Source of the DNA: Bacillota bacterium
GTDB lineage: Bacteria > Bacillota > Clostridia > Oscillospirales > Ruminococcaceae
Length of the DNA stretch: 64,000 nt
Reading direction: 5' to 3'
Assembly (NCBI GenBank): GCA_023413185.1
Contig: JAEZQD010000152.1
Location: 6,368 to 70,367 of the forward strand
This document shows, piece after piece, positions 45,168-54,279 of the stretch (positions are counted from its first letter, which is position 1; the number at the start of each line of letters is the position of its first letter). The translations under genes were made by a program, and so were the position numbers. The notes beneath the pieces are model-generated. The model saw nothing but the letters and a program-made list of their open reading frames with translations. It was not told the origin of the DNA and did not search any database.

Positions 45168-46851
45168 CTACCTTGTCGAATACTACGAAAAGTGCAAGTC
45201 CGGCGAAATCATAGTTGGCAAAGAATTGATGGCGACGCTTGAAATGCTCATGAGAGACATGGAAAGCCCGCTATATCAGTTTGATACAGCAAAGGCGCAC
45301 AAAAGGATTAAGTTTATTGAATCTGAGTGTCGGCACTCTATTGCGCCATTCGCGGGAATGCCTTTTCTCCTTGAATTGTGGGAAAAAGCTTTTATCGAAG
45401 CCGTGTATGGGTTCAAAGTTGAAATTCGCGGCGAGTGGCTGAGGAGATACAACAGGGCACTTTTACTTATAGCGAGAAAAAACGGGAAAACAACATTTTG
45501 CTCTGCGCTAGGAAACGCAGAGTTTTTTTGCGGGTCGCAAGGCACAAATATACTTTGTGCCTCAAACGACTACGAGCAAGCTGGGTTGATATTTGATGAA
45601 ATCAACAACATGAGGGAGGAATCCCCAAAACTTCGCAGGGTTAGCCGCAAAAACATAAAGGGCATTTTTATGGGTAACCCAAAACAACGAAAAAAGACTG
45701 GGAAATACAGCGTTCAAAATAAGGCAAAAATCAAAAAGCTATCAATCAAAACCGGGGGCAAAGAGGGCAGAAACGTGGATTTTGCCGTTGTCGATGAAGT
45801 TCACGAGATGAAAGACAACAGCCTTGTAATGCCAATAAGGCAGTCAATGTCCACCAAACCGGAACCGTTGCTTATTGAGATTACAACGGAAGGAAACGTT
45901 AGAGATGGCTACCTCGACGGACTGCTTGTTGAGGCAAGAAAAGTGCTCAAAGGAGAATCTACCGACGACAGATGGCTTGTGTGGCTCTATTCGCAAGACA
46001 GCGAATCGGAAATATGGCAAAACGAAAAGTCGTGGGTAAAAAGCAACCCGAACCTCGGCGTATCGAAACGGTGGGATTACCTTGACGGGCTAGTTGAACA
46101 CGCCAAGACGAACAGCGGCGATCGGGCGATGATGCTTGCGAAAGACTTTAACCTCCCGCAGTCGGCATCGACAGCGTGGATGCAAGAAGCAGAGATAATC
46201 AACACGGCAACGTTTGATATAGAAGAATTCAGGGGCGCGTATTACATCGGCGGGGATGACTTTGCAGAAACCACCGACTTGTGCGCATCCGTAATGCTGT
46301 TTATGCGACCTGGCGATAAAACAATATACCTGTGCCCGCACTTTTGGATTCCAGAAACCAAGCTAATCAACTCGCCGGACGATGCCAACTACGAGCAGTG
46401 GGCTAAAGACGGCTATCTATCAATCGTAGACGGGAACATTGTTGACAGCTCGGTTGTTGCGGATTGGAAATGGCAAATGTACAAAGAATACGGCGTTATC
46501 CCTTACAAGGACGGTTACGACAACCGCTTTGCAAAGGACTACATAGCGAAGTTCAAAGAGTATTTCGGGGAGGAAACCGAGTTAATCAACGTGCCGCAGG
46601 ATTCAAAATGCCTCAACAACCCGATGCGGCACTTTGAGGCAGACCTACGGAGCAAGCTGGTTAATTACAACAACAATTATGGATTGCTTTACTGCCTCAA
46701 AAATACCGGGTTTAAGGCTGATTCGATTGGCAGGATACAACCGTGCAAGATGCACACAACGAAGCGCATAGACGGCACTGCAGCCTGCCTGTGCGCTTAC
46801 GCAGTTTACGAATGGAACAAATCTGAGTATCACACATTGATAGGCGGGTGA
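45145..46851 (+). CDS. terL: Terminase large subunit
   Basis: LELWEK, IARKNGKT Walker A, VVDEVHE Walker B, KSNPNLG, RIDG. Confidence 0.96.
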   Translation: MTNTATNSYLVEYYEKCKSGEIIVGKELMATLEMLMRDMESPLYQFDTAKAHKRIKFIESECRHSIAPFAGMPFLLELWEKAFIEAVYGFKVEIRGEWLRRYNRALLLIARKNGKTTFCSALGNAEFFCGSQGTNILCASNDYEQAGLIFDEINNMREESPKLRRVSRKNIKGIFMGNPKQRKKTGKYSVQNKAKIKKLSIKTGGKEGRNVDFAVVDEVHEMKDNSLVMPIRQSMSTKPEPLLIEITTEGNVRDGYLDGLLVEARKVLKGESTDDRWLVWLYSQDSESEIWQNEKSWVKSNPNLGVSKRWDYLDGLVEHAKTNSGDRAMMLAKDFNLPQSASTAWMQEAEIINTATFDIEEFRGAYYIGGDDFAETTDLCASVMLFMRPGDKTIYLCPHFWIPETKLINSPDDANYEQWAKDGYLSIVDGNIVDSSVVADWKWQMYKEYGVIPYKDGYDNRFAKDYIAKFKEYFGEETELINVPQDSKCLNNPMRHFEADLRSKLVNYNNNYGLLYCLKNTGFKADSIGRIQPCKMHTTKRIDGTAACLCAYAVYEWNKSEYHTLIGG

Positions 46852-46854
46852 AAA

Positions 46855-48093
46855 ATGGGCGTTTTGAATTATCTAAAAGGAGTATTCGGGCAAAGCGGGC
46901 GGTCGATGTACTCAAAATGGCTAACCGACAGCACCCCCGTGTTTACATCGTTTGGGCGTGACATTTATTTGTCCGACTTTGTAAACAATGCAATCGACCG
47001 AGTAGCATCCGAAATAAGCAAAATAGAAATTAAAAGCGTCGTGCAGTCAAACGGGACTGTCAGAGTGCAAAACGACGACATAACGCGGCTAATGCGGTTT
47101 AAACCAAACCCGTTACAAACCACGTCGGACTTTTTGTCAAGTGTGGAGTGGCTGAGGAGGAAGAAAAGAAACGTTTTCATCTATCCTCAATACGAAATGG
47201 TTGCAACGCCTGACGGCAGACAGTTCAAACGATATGTCGCGTTATATCCGCTTAACCCGTCGGACGTACATATTGGCGTACTGAACAATCAAGTGTGGGA
47301 AGTGCGGCTAATCTTTGAAGATGGCAGCGAATACACCCTGCCTTACGCCGATCTGATACACCTAAAATGGCGGCGCGGCAAGAACACAGTCACAGGCGGC
47401 GGGGACGACTACGGAAATGTTGACGACCTCGATGTTTTAAGGACAATTGAAGCCCTCGACAAAACAATACAGGGCATTCCGAAAGCAATTGAAGCTAGCC
47501 TACAAGTAAAGGGCGTGTTCCACTCAAAAGGCGCACTGAGCCAAGAAAAGCTAAAGGTTGCCCGTGATGATTTTGAGGAGCACTTGTTTTCGAGCAAAGC
47601 CGGAATGATTGCGACCGACTTAGCCGGGGAGTTTACCCCGGTAAGAATTGATTCGCCGGACATCCCCGAACCAGCAATGAAGTTTTTAAAAGCGGTCATT
47701 CAGGAAAAGTACGGCATATCGGCGGCAATCCTATCTGGCGACTACACTGGGGCGCAGCACAGCGCGTTCTTCCAGACGGCGATTGAGGATTTTTTAATCC
47801 AGTTTGAGCAGGCATCAACAGCCTGCCTTTTTTCTGCCCGCGAACAGGATGTCGGGCACAGAATTAAGTGCTATTACAGCAAGGTCAACTATATGTCCAC
47901 TCAGGATAAATACAACCTTGCCGACCTAGCGTCAAAGATTGGAGCAATGACCCTGAATCAGATTAACGAGATGTACGGGATAGAACCGTTTGACGGAGGC
48001 GACCGCAGGCTGCAAAGCCTAAACTACGTCAACATAGAGGACGTTGACGCTTACCAAAAAGGAAAGGCTGGGGTTACAGATGGCGAAACATGA
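46855..48093 (+). CDS. HK97-family portal protein
   Basis: KPNPLQT, DLIHLK, MTLNQINEMYGIEP..GGDR; follows terL. Confidence 0.93.
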   Translation: MGVLNYLKGVFGQSGRSMYSKWLTDSTPVFTSFGRDIYLSDFVNNAIDRVASEISKIEIKSVVQSNGTVRVQNDDITRLMRFKPNPLQTTSDFLSSVEWLRRKKRNVFIYPQYEMVATPDGRQFKRYVALYPLNPSDVHIGVLNNQVWEVRLIFEDGSEYTLPYADLIHLKWRRGKNTVTGGGDDYGNVDDLDVLRTIEALDKTIQGIPKAIEASLQVKGVFHSKGALSQEKLKVARDDFEEHLFSSKAGMIATDLAGEFTPVRIDSPDIPEPAMKFLKAVIQEKYGISAAILSGDYTGAQHSAFFQTAIEDFLIQFEQASTACLFSAREQDVGHRIKCYYSKVNYMSTQDKYNLADLASKIGAMTLNQINEMYGIEPFDGGDRRLQSLNYVNIEDVDAYQKGKAGVTDGET

Positions 48094-48715
48094 ACTTGAC
48101 GGAAAGTACATTAAGCGATGTTACGAACTTACAGAAGCAAGAGCAGAAGCAGACAGCAACGTTATAGATGGTCACGCCGCCGTATACGGGCAAACAACCA
48201 ATATTTGCGGCTGGTTTTATGAAGTAATTGCGCCGGGCGCGTTTGACCGTACAGACTTATCTGACGTTGCGCTGTATCTCAACCACAACATTGATTCTTT
48301 GCCTATGGCAAGAAGCAGAAAAAGCATACCAAATTCCACTATGAAGGTCGCGCCTGACGAGCGCGGTCTTTTTATGTCCGCGACAATCGACACCGAAAAC
48401 AACACAGACGCAAAAGCCCTACGGTCTGCAATAGTAAGAAAAGACGTAACGGGCATGAGTTTTGCTTTTCTTGTAGGCGACGAGGAATGGGCTGGGTTAG
48501 ACACAGACATGCCAACGCGGACAATCAAAAGCGTGTCAAAGGTTATTGAAGTGTCGGCGGTTACTTACCCGGCGTATGCAGGCACAGACATAGACGCGCG
48601 CTCTAATTCGCTGGAGAGCGATAGGGCGGCTCTGGAGAGAGCAAAAAGCGTTTCTATAAACCCCAGCATTGATATCAGAAAAAGACAAATGAAAATGAAA
48701 GAGAGGCTTTTGTAA
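48080..48715 (+). CDS. HK97-family prohead protease
   Basis: IDGHAAVY, LYLNHN, GMSFAF, EVSAVTYPAY. Confidence 0.95.
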   Translation: MAKHELDGKYIKRCYELTEARAEADSNVIDGHAAVYGQTTNICGWFYEVIAPGAFDRTDLSDVALYLNHNIDSLPMARSRKSIPNSTMKVAPDERGLFMSATIDTENNTDAKALRSAIVRKDVTGMSFAFLVGDEEWAGLDTDMPTRTIKSVSKVIEVSAVTYPAYAGTDIDARSNSLESDRAALERAKSVSINPSIDIRKRQMKMKERLL

Positions 48716-49905
48716 TGACCCTTATTGAAATGCAGGAGAGACGCTCCGCAATTTACGCAACCGAGATTGACAACGCAAAGACCGACGCTGAACTGAACGC
48801 GCTGGAGACTGAGCTCAGAAAGCTTGACTTGCAGATTGCCGAGGAGCAGCGCAAGAACGCGGCAAACGTAATGGCAGACCCCGTAGGCAGGACTGCAGCT
48901 GTAAACGCTGAAATCCCTGGCGTTGTGGTCGCCGGAGCAAAGCCGCAGAATTCTCGCGCAGCAGACGACACGGACGACATGGAGTACAGAAAAGCGTTTA
49001 TGCAGTTTGTTACTCGCGGTGTTCCTATCCCTACCGAAAAGCGCGAAGACGAGAACACTTTAACCACGGACGTCTCAACCGCAATCCCCACGGTGCTGGT
49101 AAACAGAATCGTCGAAAAGATGGAAAGTTTAGGGATGATTCTGCCGCTGCTGACGCGCACAAACTACGCAGCGGGTGTAAACATTCCAACGGATACCGTA
49201 AAGCCTGTTGCAACATGGGTAAACGAAGGTGCTGGCTCGGATCGGCAGAAGAAAGCGACTAGCTATGTGGTATTTGGCAAGCACAAGCTGCGTTGCGAAA
49301 TCTCTGTGTCTATGGAAGTTAGCGTTATGGCTATCTCGGCATTTGAATCTGCGTTTGTGCGTCAGGTGTCCGAAGCGATGGTAAAGGCTATCGAAAGCAA
49401 GGTTGTTTCTACAGACGCAGGGACTACAAACCCCAAGGGAATCCTCGCAGAGACCCCCGCGACTGGTCAGGCAATTACCGCAAAAACCCTCACTTACGAA
49501 AAGCTTGTTGAGGCGGAGGCAGCTCTTCCGCAGGCATATGAATCTGGCGCGGTCTGGTGCATGACCAAAAAGACGTTCATGTCTTTTGTGGGAATGACGG
49601 ATGCAAACGGGCAGCCGATTGCGCGTGTTACGTACGGCATTGCGGGCAAGCCCGAAAGAATCCTGCTTGGAAGAAGTGTTGTTCTTTGCGACTACCTGGA
49701 CAGCTTTTCTTCCACCCTTACCGCGGGTAAGATTTTTGCATTCATGTTTAACTTCTCGGACTATGCCCTCAACACCGTGTACGACATGGGAATCCAGCGC
49801 AAGCAGGATTGGGAAACCGAGGATATGCTCACCAAGGCGGTCATGTCCGTTGACGGCAAGGTTGTAGACAAAAACAGCCTTGTAACAATCGCGAAAGCGG
49901 CGTAA
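48715..49905 (+). CDS. HK97-type major capsid protein
   Basis: Coiled-coil delta domain, IPTVLVNRIVEK, ATWVNEG, PKGIL. Confidence 0.93.
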   Translation: MTLIEMQERRSAIYATEIDNAKTDAELNALETELRKLDLQIAEEQRKNAANVMADPVGRTAAVNAEIPGVVVAGAKPQNSRAADDTDDMEYRKAFMQFVTRGVPIPTEKREDENTLTTDVSTAIPTVLVNRIVEKMESLGMILPLLTRTNYAAGVNIPTDTVKPVATWVNEGAGSDRQKKATSYVVFGKHKLRCEISVSMEVSVMAISAFESAFVRQVSEAMVKAIESKVVSTDAGTTNPKGILAETPATGQAITAKTLTYEKLVEAEAALPQAYESGAVWCMTKKTFMSFVGMTDANGQPIARVTYGIAGKPERILLGRSVVLCDYLDSFSSTLTAGKIFAFMFNFSDYALNTVYDMGIQRKQDWETEDMLTKAVMSVDGKVVDKNSLVTIAKAA

Positions 49906-49914
49906 GGAGGAAAT

Positions 49915-50862
49915 ATGGGATATTCTAGAGCGTCTTATAAACACGACTACGGACAGACCATTACCACAGACGCAGCGGGAGTTGAACTCTCCCGCGCGTT
50001 TTTATCGCATTACAACATCCCCGCCGCGGACGCATCCGCGGAATCCGACGACGGCGCTTTGGTTGCAACCGACCTAAACGCGACCATTCAGACTGTTACG
50101 ACCAATATTACAAACCCTGACGCGCCGAGAAATGTGAAGGTAAAAGGCAACGCATCTGGCATTAACAACGTTGTAAAAGTGTGGGGAACCAACTTTGCAG
50201 ACGAAGCGATCAGCGAGGAAATTACGCCAAACGGTGTAACTGCTGTCGCGGGGAACCTTGCGTTTAAAACCATCACAAAGATAGATTTGCCGGTAGAAGA
50301 CCACACAGCCGCAAAGCAAAAGACAACCTCCGCCGTAAGCGCCGCAACCGGCGCGGGAGAGGTCACGTTGCTTGTTGAGGGCGCAGCGCTTGGCGAAGAT
50401 GGTAGAGAGGTTACATTTACGCTTGCGGCCGGAGATGTGGTAAGCACAACCACTGCGGCGACAGCCATTAAAAACACGCTGAACGCCGACGCGGTAATTG
50501 CAACCCACTTTACGGTTACGTCGAGCGCGGCTAACGTAATTATGGAGGCAAAAGTTGCCGCGCCGCAGGATGCAAGCATTGACTTAACTGTTGCCGAAGC
50601 TGGGGATACAGGGCTTACTATTGGCTCAATCACCATCAACACCACAACCGGCGTTCGCGACCGTATTAGTGTTGGCTTTGGTAAAAAGTTTGGCATCCCT
50701 TATCGCTTGGCAGCCGACGAGCTTGTTGTTGTAAAGCTTTTTAACAACTCTGCGGACGCGGGGACCGTAACGGTTGACGCCGCCAAGATTGAAAGCAACG
50801 TTATTGCGCTGAACGGCACACCGGACGGGCTTAAACCTGTAGACCTATACATTATCGTGTAA
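49915..50862 (+). CDS. Putative head decoration/virion protein
   Basis: 315 aa Ala/Thr/Val-rich beta protein between capsid and head-tail connector. Confidence 0.55.
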   Translation: MGYSRASYKHDYGQTITTDAAGVELSRAFLSHYNIPAADASAESDDGALVATDLNATIQTVTTNITNPDAPRNVKVKGNASGINNVVKVWGTNFADEAISEEITPNGVTAVAGNLAFKTITKIDLPVEDHTAAKQKTTSAVSAATGAGEVTLLVEGAALGEDGREVTFTLAAGDVVSTTTAATAIKNTLNADAVIATHFTVTSSAANVIMEAKVAAPQDASIDLTVAEAGDTGLTIGSITINTTTGVRDRISVGFGKKFGIPYRLAADELVVVKLFNNSADAGTVTVDAAKIESNVIALNGTPDGLKPVDLYIIV

Positions 50863-50874
50863 GGTGGGAACGTT

Positions 50875-51129
50875 ATGGCGCTGTTAGATGATGTAAAACC
50901 AAGGATAGGGGTGTTTTATTCCACCCCACTTAAAGATGCCGAAGTGCAGGGCATAATCGACGGTGCCAAGTTGTTTTACAAGGGCGCGGGGTGGGACGTA
51001 GGTTCTGCCCCGGATGCTCTTGCGGTCGAGGCAATTGTACTGTATTGCAAGATGGCACAGTCAACCGACCCGGCTCAGCTCACCAACCACCCCGTGATGA
51101 TTAACTTTATCGCGCAAGGGAGATATTGA
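50875..51129 (+). CDS. Head-tail connector (gp6-like)
   Basis: LLDDVKPRI..DAEVQGIIDGAK..AIVLYCK; position. Confidence 0.75.
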   Translation: MALLDDVKPRIGVFYSTPLKDAEVQGIIDGAKLFYKGAGWDVGSAPDALAVEAIVLYCKMAQSTDPAQLTNHPVMINFIAQGRY

Positions 51130-51130
51130 C

Positions 51131-51532
51131 GTGTTTAAATTTAATCCAACCACCCCTTTTGCGGCGTGGTTTGAATCAAGCACATACGTGCCGGGGCAAG
51201 GAAACACAACCACATGGGAGCAGATAAAAAGCGGCGACATCGGAGTTTATTTTTGCGAATGGCGCGGATCGTTTGGCGAACAACAGCTTGCCGCGCACAG
51301 TCTAGGAGTAAACGAGATGGCAACCATACGGACGTTTTACAACCCGGACATTTACGCGGCGTTGCAAGGCAAAAAGTGTGTAATCGTCAAATACGCCGAC
51401 GCGTCGTCTATGGTTGGAGGAAAGCCGAGCAAAAACAGCCCGTACTTGTATGAACTATGGGGCGGGGTTGATAACGTCTTAGAGCAAAACCTTTGGATGG
51501 AGTTTAAGGTCAGGAGGTATGAGGGCAAATGA
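51131..51532 (+). CDS. Head closure/head-tail adaptor
   Basis: PGQGNTTTW..ATIRTFY..DNVLEQNLWMEFKV; position. Confidence 0.7.
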   Translation: MFKFNPTTPFAAWFESSTYVPGQGNTTTWEQIKSGDIGVYFCEWRGSFGEQQLAAHSLGVNEMATIRTFYNPDIYAALQGKKCVIVKYADASSMVGGKPSKNSPYLYELWGGVDNVLEQNLWMEFKVRRYEGK

Positions 51533-51912
51533 TTAATCTTGTGCCCATCATCCAGGCTGCGCTTGACACAAGGTTTGCCGATGAAAAGCTATACACATAC
51601 TGGCAGTCAAAATCAGAGACAGCCGGAGAAGCGGACGAGTACATTGTCTTTAGCCTTGCCGGGAACCAAGATGTTGAATGGGCAGACAACAAGCCGTACA
51701 TCAACTCCGCAAGTGCCGCTGTGAGATATTTCTACCGCCGCGAAAAACTGCATACATACGCAGGCAGAACCGCCGTGCAGCAACGAACAGCAGACATACT
51801 TAGTACGTTGGACGCGGCGGGTTTTTACTGCGAATATGGCGCATTTGACGCGGGAGAGATTGACGGCAACGGGTATTTGTGCTCTGTGATGGAGGTTGAA
51901 TACATTGGCTGA
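51529..51912 (+). CDS. Putative tail terminator protein
   Basis: DEYIVF..WADNK..LDAAGF pattern; size and position. Confidence 0.6.
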   Translation: MINLVPIIQAALDTRFADEKLYTYWQSKSETAGEADEYIVFSLAGNQDVEWADNKPYINSASAAVRYFYRREKLHTYAGRTAVQQRTADILSTLDAAGFYCEYGAFDAGEIDGNGYLCSVMEVEYIG

Positions 51913-52303
51913 TGCGATGCAAGTCGGTGTTGATGGGTTTGAGGATGCGCTTGGCAAACTGCTTGCAGAGTATAGCGACCGTGTATTCGACGTCCTAAAC
52001 GACGACGCGCTGGATGCGGCGGAGAAAGTGCTGATAGACAACCTTAAAGCGGCAAGCCCGCAGAGGGCAGAAGGAAAGTCGCGCGGGTTTTATAAGGCGT
52101 GGAAAAGCACGGGAAAAAAGTACAAGGCAAAAAGGTACGTGCACAACACAACGATGGTTGACGGAGGGGGCGGGAAAATCCCGCTATCAAACATACTCGA
52201 ATACTCAACAAAGCACGGGCGACCATTTGTTAAGCAAACACACGATGCGAGCGCGGGCGAAATGGCACAAGCCGCGTTTAACGTGATTAAATCGAAAATT
52301 TAG
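51896..52303 (+). CDS. HK97 gp10-like tail completion protein
   Basis: LKAASP..YKAWK..ILEYST..RPFVK. Confidence 0.65.
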   Translation: MNTLADAMQVGVDGFEDALGKLLAEYSDRVFDVLNDDALDAAEKVLIDNLKAASPQRAEGKSRGFYKAWKSTGKKYKAKRYVHNTTMVDGGGGKIPLSNILEYSTKHGRPFVKQTHDASAGEMAQAAFNVIKSKI

Positions 52304-52314
52304 GAGGGATTACT

Positions 52315-53202
52315 TTGGCAAAAAACGGTCTTAGCACATTTTTGCATGCGCCGTTACAGTCTTACGCTCCGCTCACCTATGGTACACCAAAGAAATTAGG
52401 CGGTGCAATCCAGTGTACATCAAACATCACCTACGGCGACGGCACCATCGTGTCGGACAACCGCCTCAAACACCAAGACAAGGCGTTTGCAAGCGGAACC
52501 CTGACGCTAGCTGTTGACTACGCGAAAAAGGACGTGTTCTCCCCAATCCTTGGCAGAAGGGTTGTCGAGGAAAGCTTTACCCCGCCCGGCGGTGTTGAAA
52601 TCCCAATTAAGCGGCACATATCCAGCACTGAGGATTTGCCTACAAGACAAGGTTTTGGTTATATCGTAACCGACTTGGACGTATACAACGAGGCAAACAA
52701 AAAGCCTGTGTACACGGTCAAGTTTTTTTATGACGTAGAGTTTGGCGCACCAACCGAGGATGAGCAGACAAAGCAAGGCGCAAGAGCGTTTGCGCAGGCA
52801 TCCGTTATCGGCACAATCTACGAGTTAGAAAACGGCGACTGGTGTGAAGAAGTGGACTTTGATGATCTAAACACCGCGGTGGCGTATCTGTATCATCTGT
52901 ACGGCGCGACATCTGGCGGCGGCGTTGACCTGTCCGCGCTCACAATCGGATCTATTGATCTTACGCCGGTATTTGCGCCATCTGTTACGATTTACCTTGC
53001 CACAACCGCAAACGCCACAAACGCCGTAACGGCAACCGCTGCAGCATCCGGCGCGACCGTGGCAATTACCCTCAACGGCTCCGCTCACACCAGCGGGCAG
53101 GCGGCAACATGGGTCAGCGGTCTTAACGAGATTAAGGTCACTGTCACAAACGGAGAAGCGTCAAAGGTGTACACTGTTATCGTTACAAAGGAGACAGAGT
53201 AA
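52315..53202 (+). CDS. Major tail protein with C-terminal cadherin-like beta-sandwich domain
   Basis: YGTPKKLGGAI, SDN, GTLTL, GFGY; C-terminal LSALTIG..LTPVF..KVYTVIVTK. Confidence 0.85.
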   Translation: MAKNGLSTFLHAPLQSYAPLTYGTPKKLGGAIQCTSNITYGDGTIVSDNRLKHQDKAFASGTLTLAVDYAKKDVFSPILGRRVVEESFTPPGGVEIPIKRHISSTEDLPTRQGFGYIVTDLDVYNEANKKPVYTVKFFYDVEFGAPTEDEQTKQGARAFAQASVIGTIYELENGDWCEEVDFDDLNTAVAYLYHLYGATSGGGVDLSALTIGSIDLTPVFAPSVTIYLATTANATNAVTATAAASGATVAITLNGSAHTSGQAATWVSGLNEIKVTVTNGEASKVYTVIVTKETE

Positions 53203-53579
53203 TGATTTGCAAGACCATTACGGTTGACGGAAAAGAAGTAAAGTTCAGAGCCTCGGCTACAATACCGAGGCTCTATCGCTTTAAGTTTGGGCGAGACATT
53301 TTGCTCGACACGCAATGTCTGGCAGAGGCGTATCAAGCAAAGATGAACCAAGGAAAAAACATTGACGCAGACAATCTTTTTATTTTTGAAAACGTCGCCT
53401 ATATTATGGCAAAACACGGCGACCCCGATAACGTGCCTGACAGCCCTGAGGCGTGGTTGGATGGCTTTAACGTATTTTCTATTTACGACGTTTTTCCGCA
53501 CCTCATTGAATTGTGGGGTCTGAACACCGAGACGCAAGCGGAGAGTAAAAAAAAATTGCAGGAAGTAGCAGGGGGCTAA
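53202..53579 (+). CDS. Tail assembly chaperone (gpG-like)
   Basis: VDGKEVKFRASATIPRLYR..WLDGFNVFSIY..ESKKK. Confidence 0.85.
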   Translation: MICKTITVDGKEVKFRASATIPRLYRFKFGRDILLDTQCLAEAYQAKMNQGKNIDADNLFIFENVAYIMAKHGDPDNVPDSPEAWLDGFNVFSIYDVFPHLIELWGLNTETQAESKKKLQEVAGG

Positions 53580-53740
53580 CAACCCCGCTGTTTATGCTGA
53601 GAGCAAAAGAGCTCGGCTTTACTTTAGCCGAGCTCGATTTTGTGACTATAGGGTTTGTTACGGACATGCTTATTGAAAGGTCAAACGACGGAGAGAAATA
53701 CGATGAGATCGGGCACAAAGAAAACGTCGTTGAGTTTTAG
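53555..53740 (+). CDS. -1 frameshift extension of the tail chaperone (gpT-like)
   Basis: A9 run at 53547-53555; -1 frame open for 61 codons (IAGSSRGLTTPLFMLRAKELG..SNDGEKY..EF) to TAG 53740. Confidence 0.8.
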   Translation: MAGSSRGLTTPLFMLRAKELGFTLAELDFVTIGFVTDMLIERSNDGEKYDEIGHKENVVEF

Positions 53741-54216
53741 GTTTTGGTCGCCTTTGCTTTTACCGCGCCAATAAACGAAGCGGCAGCCCTTGCCTCTGAC
53801 ATCGCAACGCTATGCACAAACCCCTCTTTGTTATACTTTGCCCTAGCAAGCGCACGAGCGTGTATAACAGGTATCTGTATGCAGCTGTGATTAAGGTCTG
53901 ATGTGGTTATGCGCAGATATACCCCGGTCATAGTGTTGTGGTCGCCGACTTCGTCAACGTCGCACGAGACAATTTCATCAAACCGAAATATCTTTTTGTA
54001 ATTTCCGTCAGGCGGAAGCACGAGCCATTCTTTGCGCGATTCATCGACCGCTATTTTATAACCTTGAACCATTTTGGTTGCTGTAGACTTAAACCCGGTC
54101 TCGCGAATTGCGGTCGCGGCAGAAACCCTGTTCCGCTTGTTCGAGCTCGACTTAACAGCCGAGTAAACAATTAGCACAAGAGCTATCAGCGCGGCAAAGA
54201 TAAAAAACATCTCCAT
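53737..54216 (-). CDS. Membrane-anchored moron protein, antisense to the tail operon
   Basis: RBS GGAGGT; N-terminal TM helix then soluble domain; extended -10 TGTTAAAAT upstream. Confidence 0.7.
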   Translation of the reverse strand: MEMFFIFAALIALVLIVYSAVKSSSNKRNRVSAATAIRETGFKSTATKMVQGYKIAVDESRKEWLVLPPDGNYKKIFRFDEIVSCDVDEVGDHNTMTGVYLRITTSDLNHSCIQIPVIHARALARAKYNKEGFVHSVAMSEARAAASFIGAVKAKATKT

Positions 54217-54279
54217 TTTACGACCTCCCAACATTGAGTTGGATATATTTTAACACAAGGAGGCGAAAAAAGGAATACA

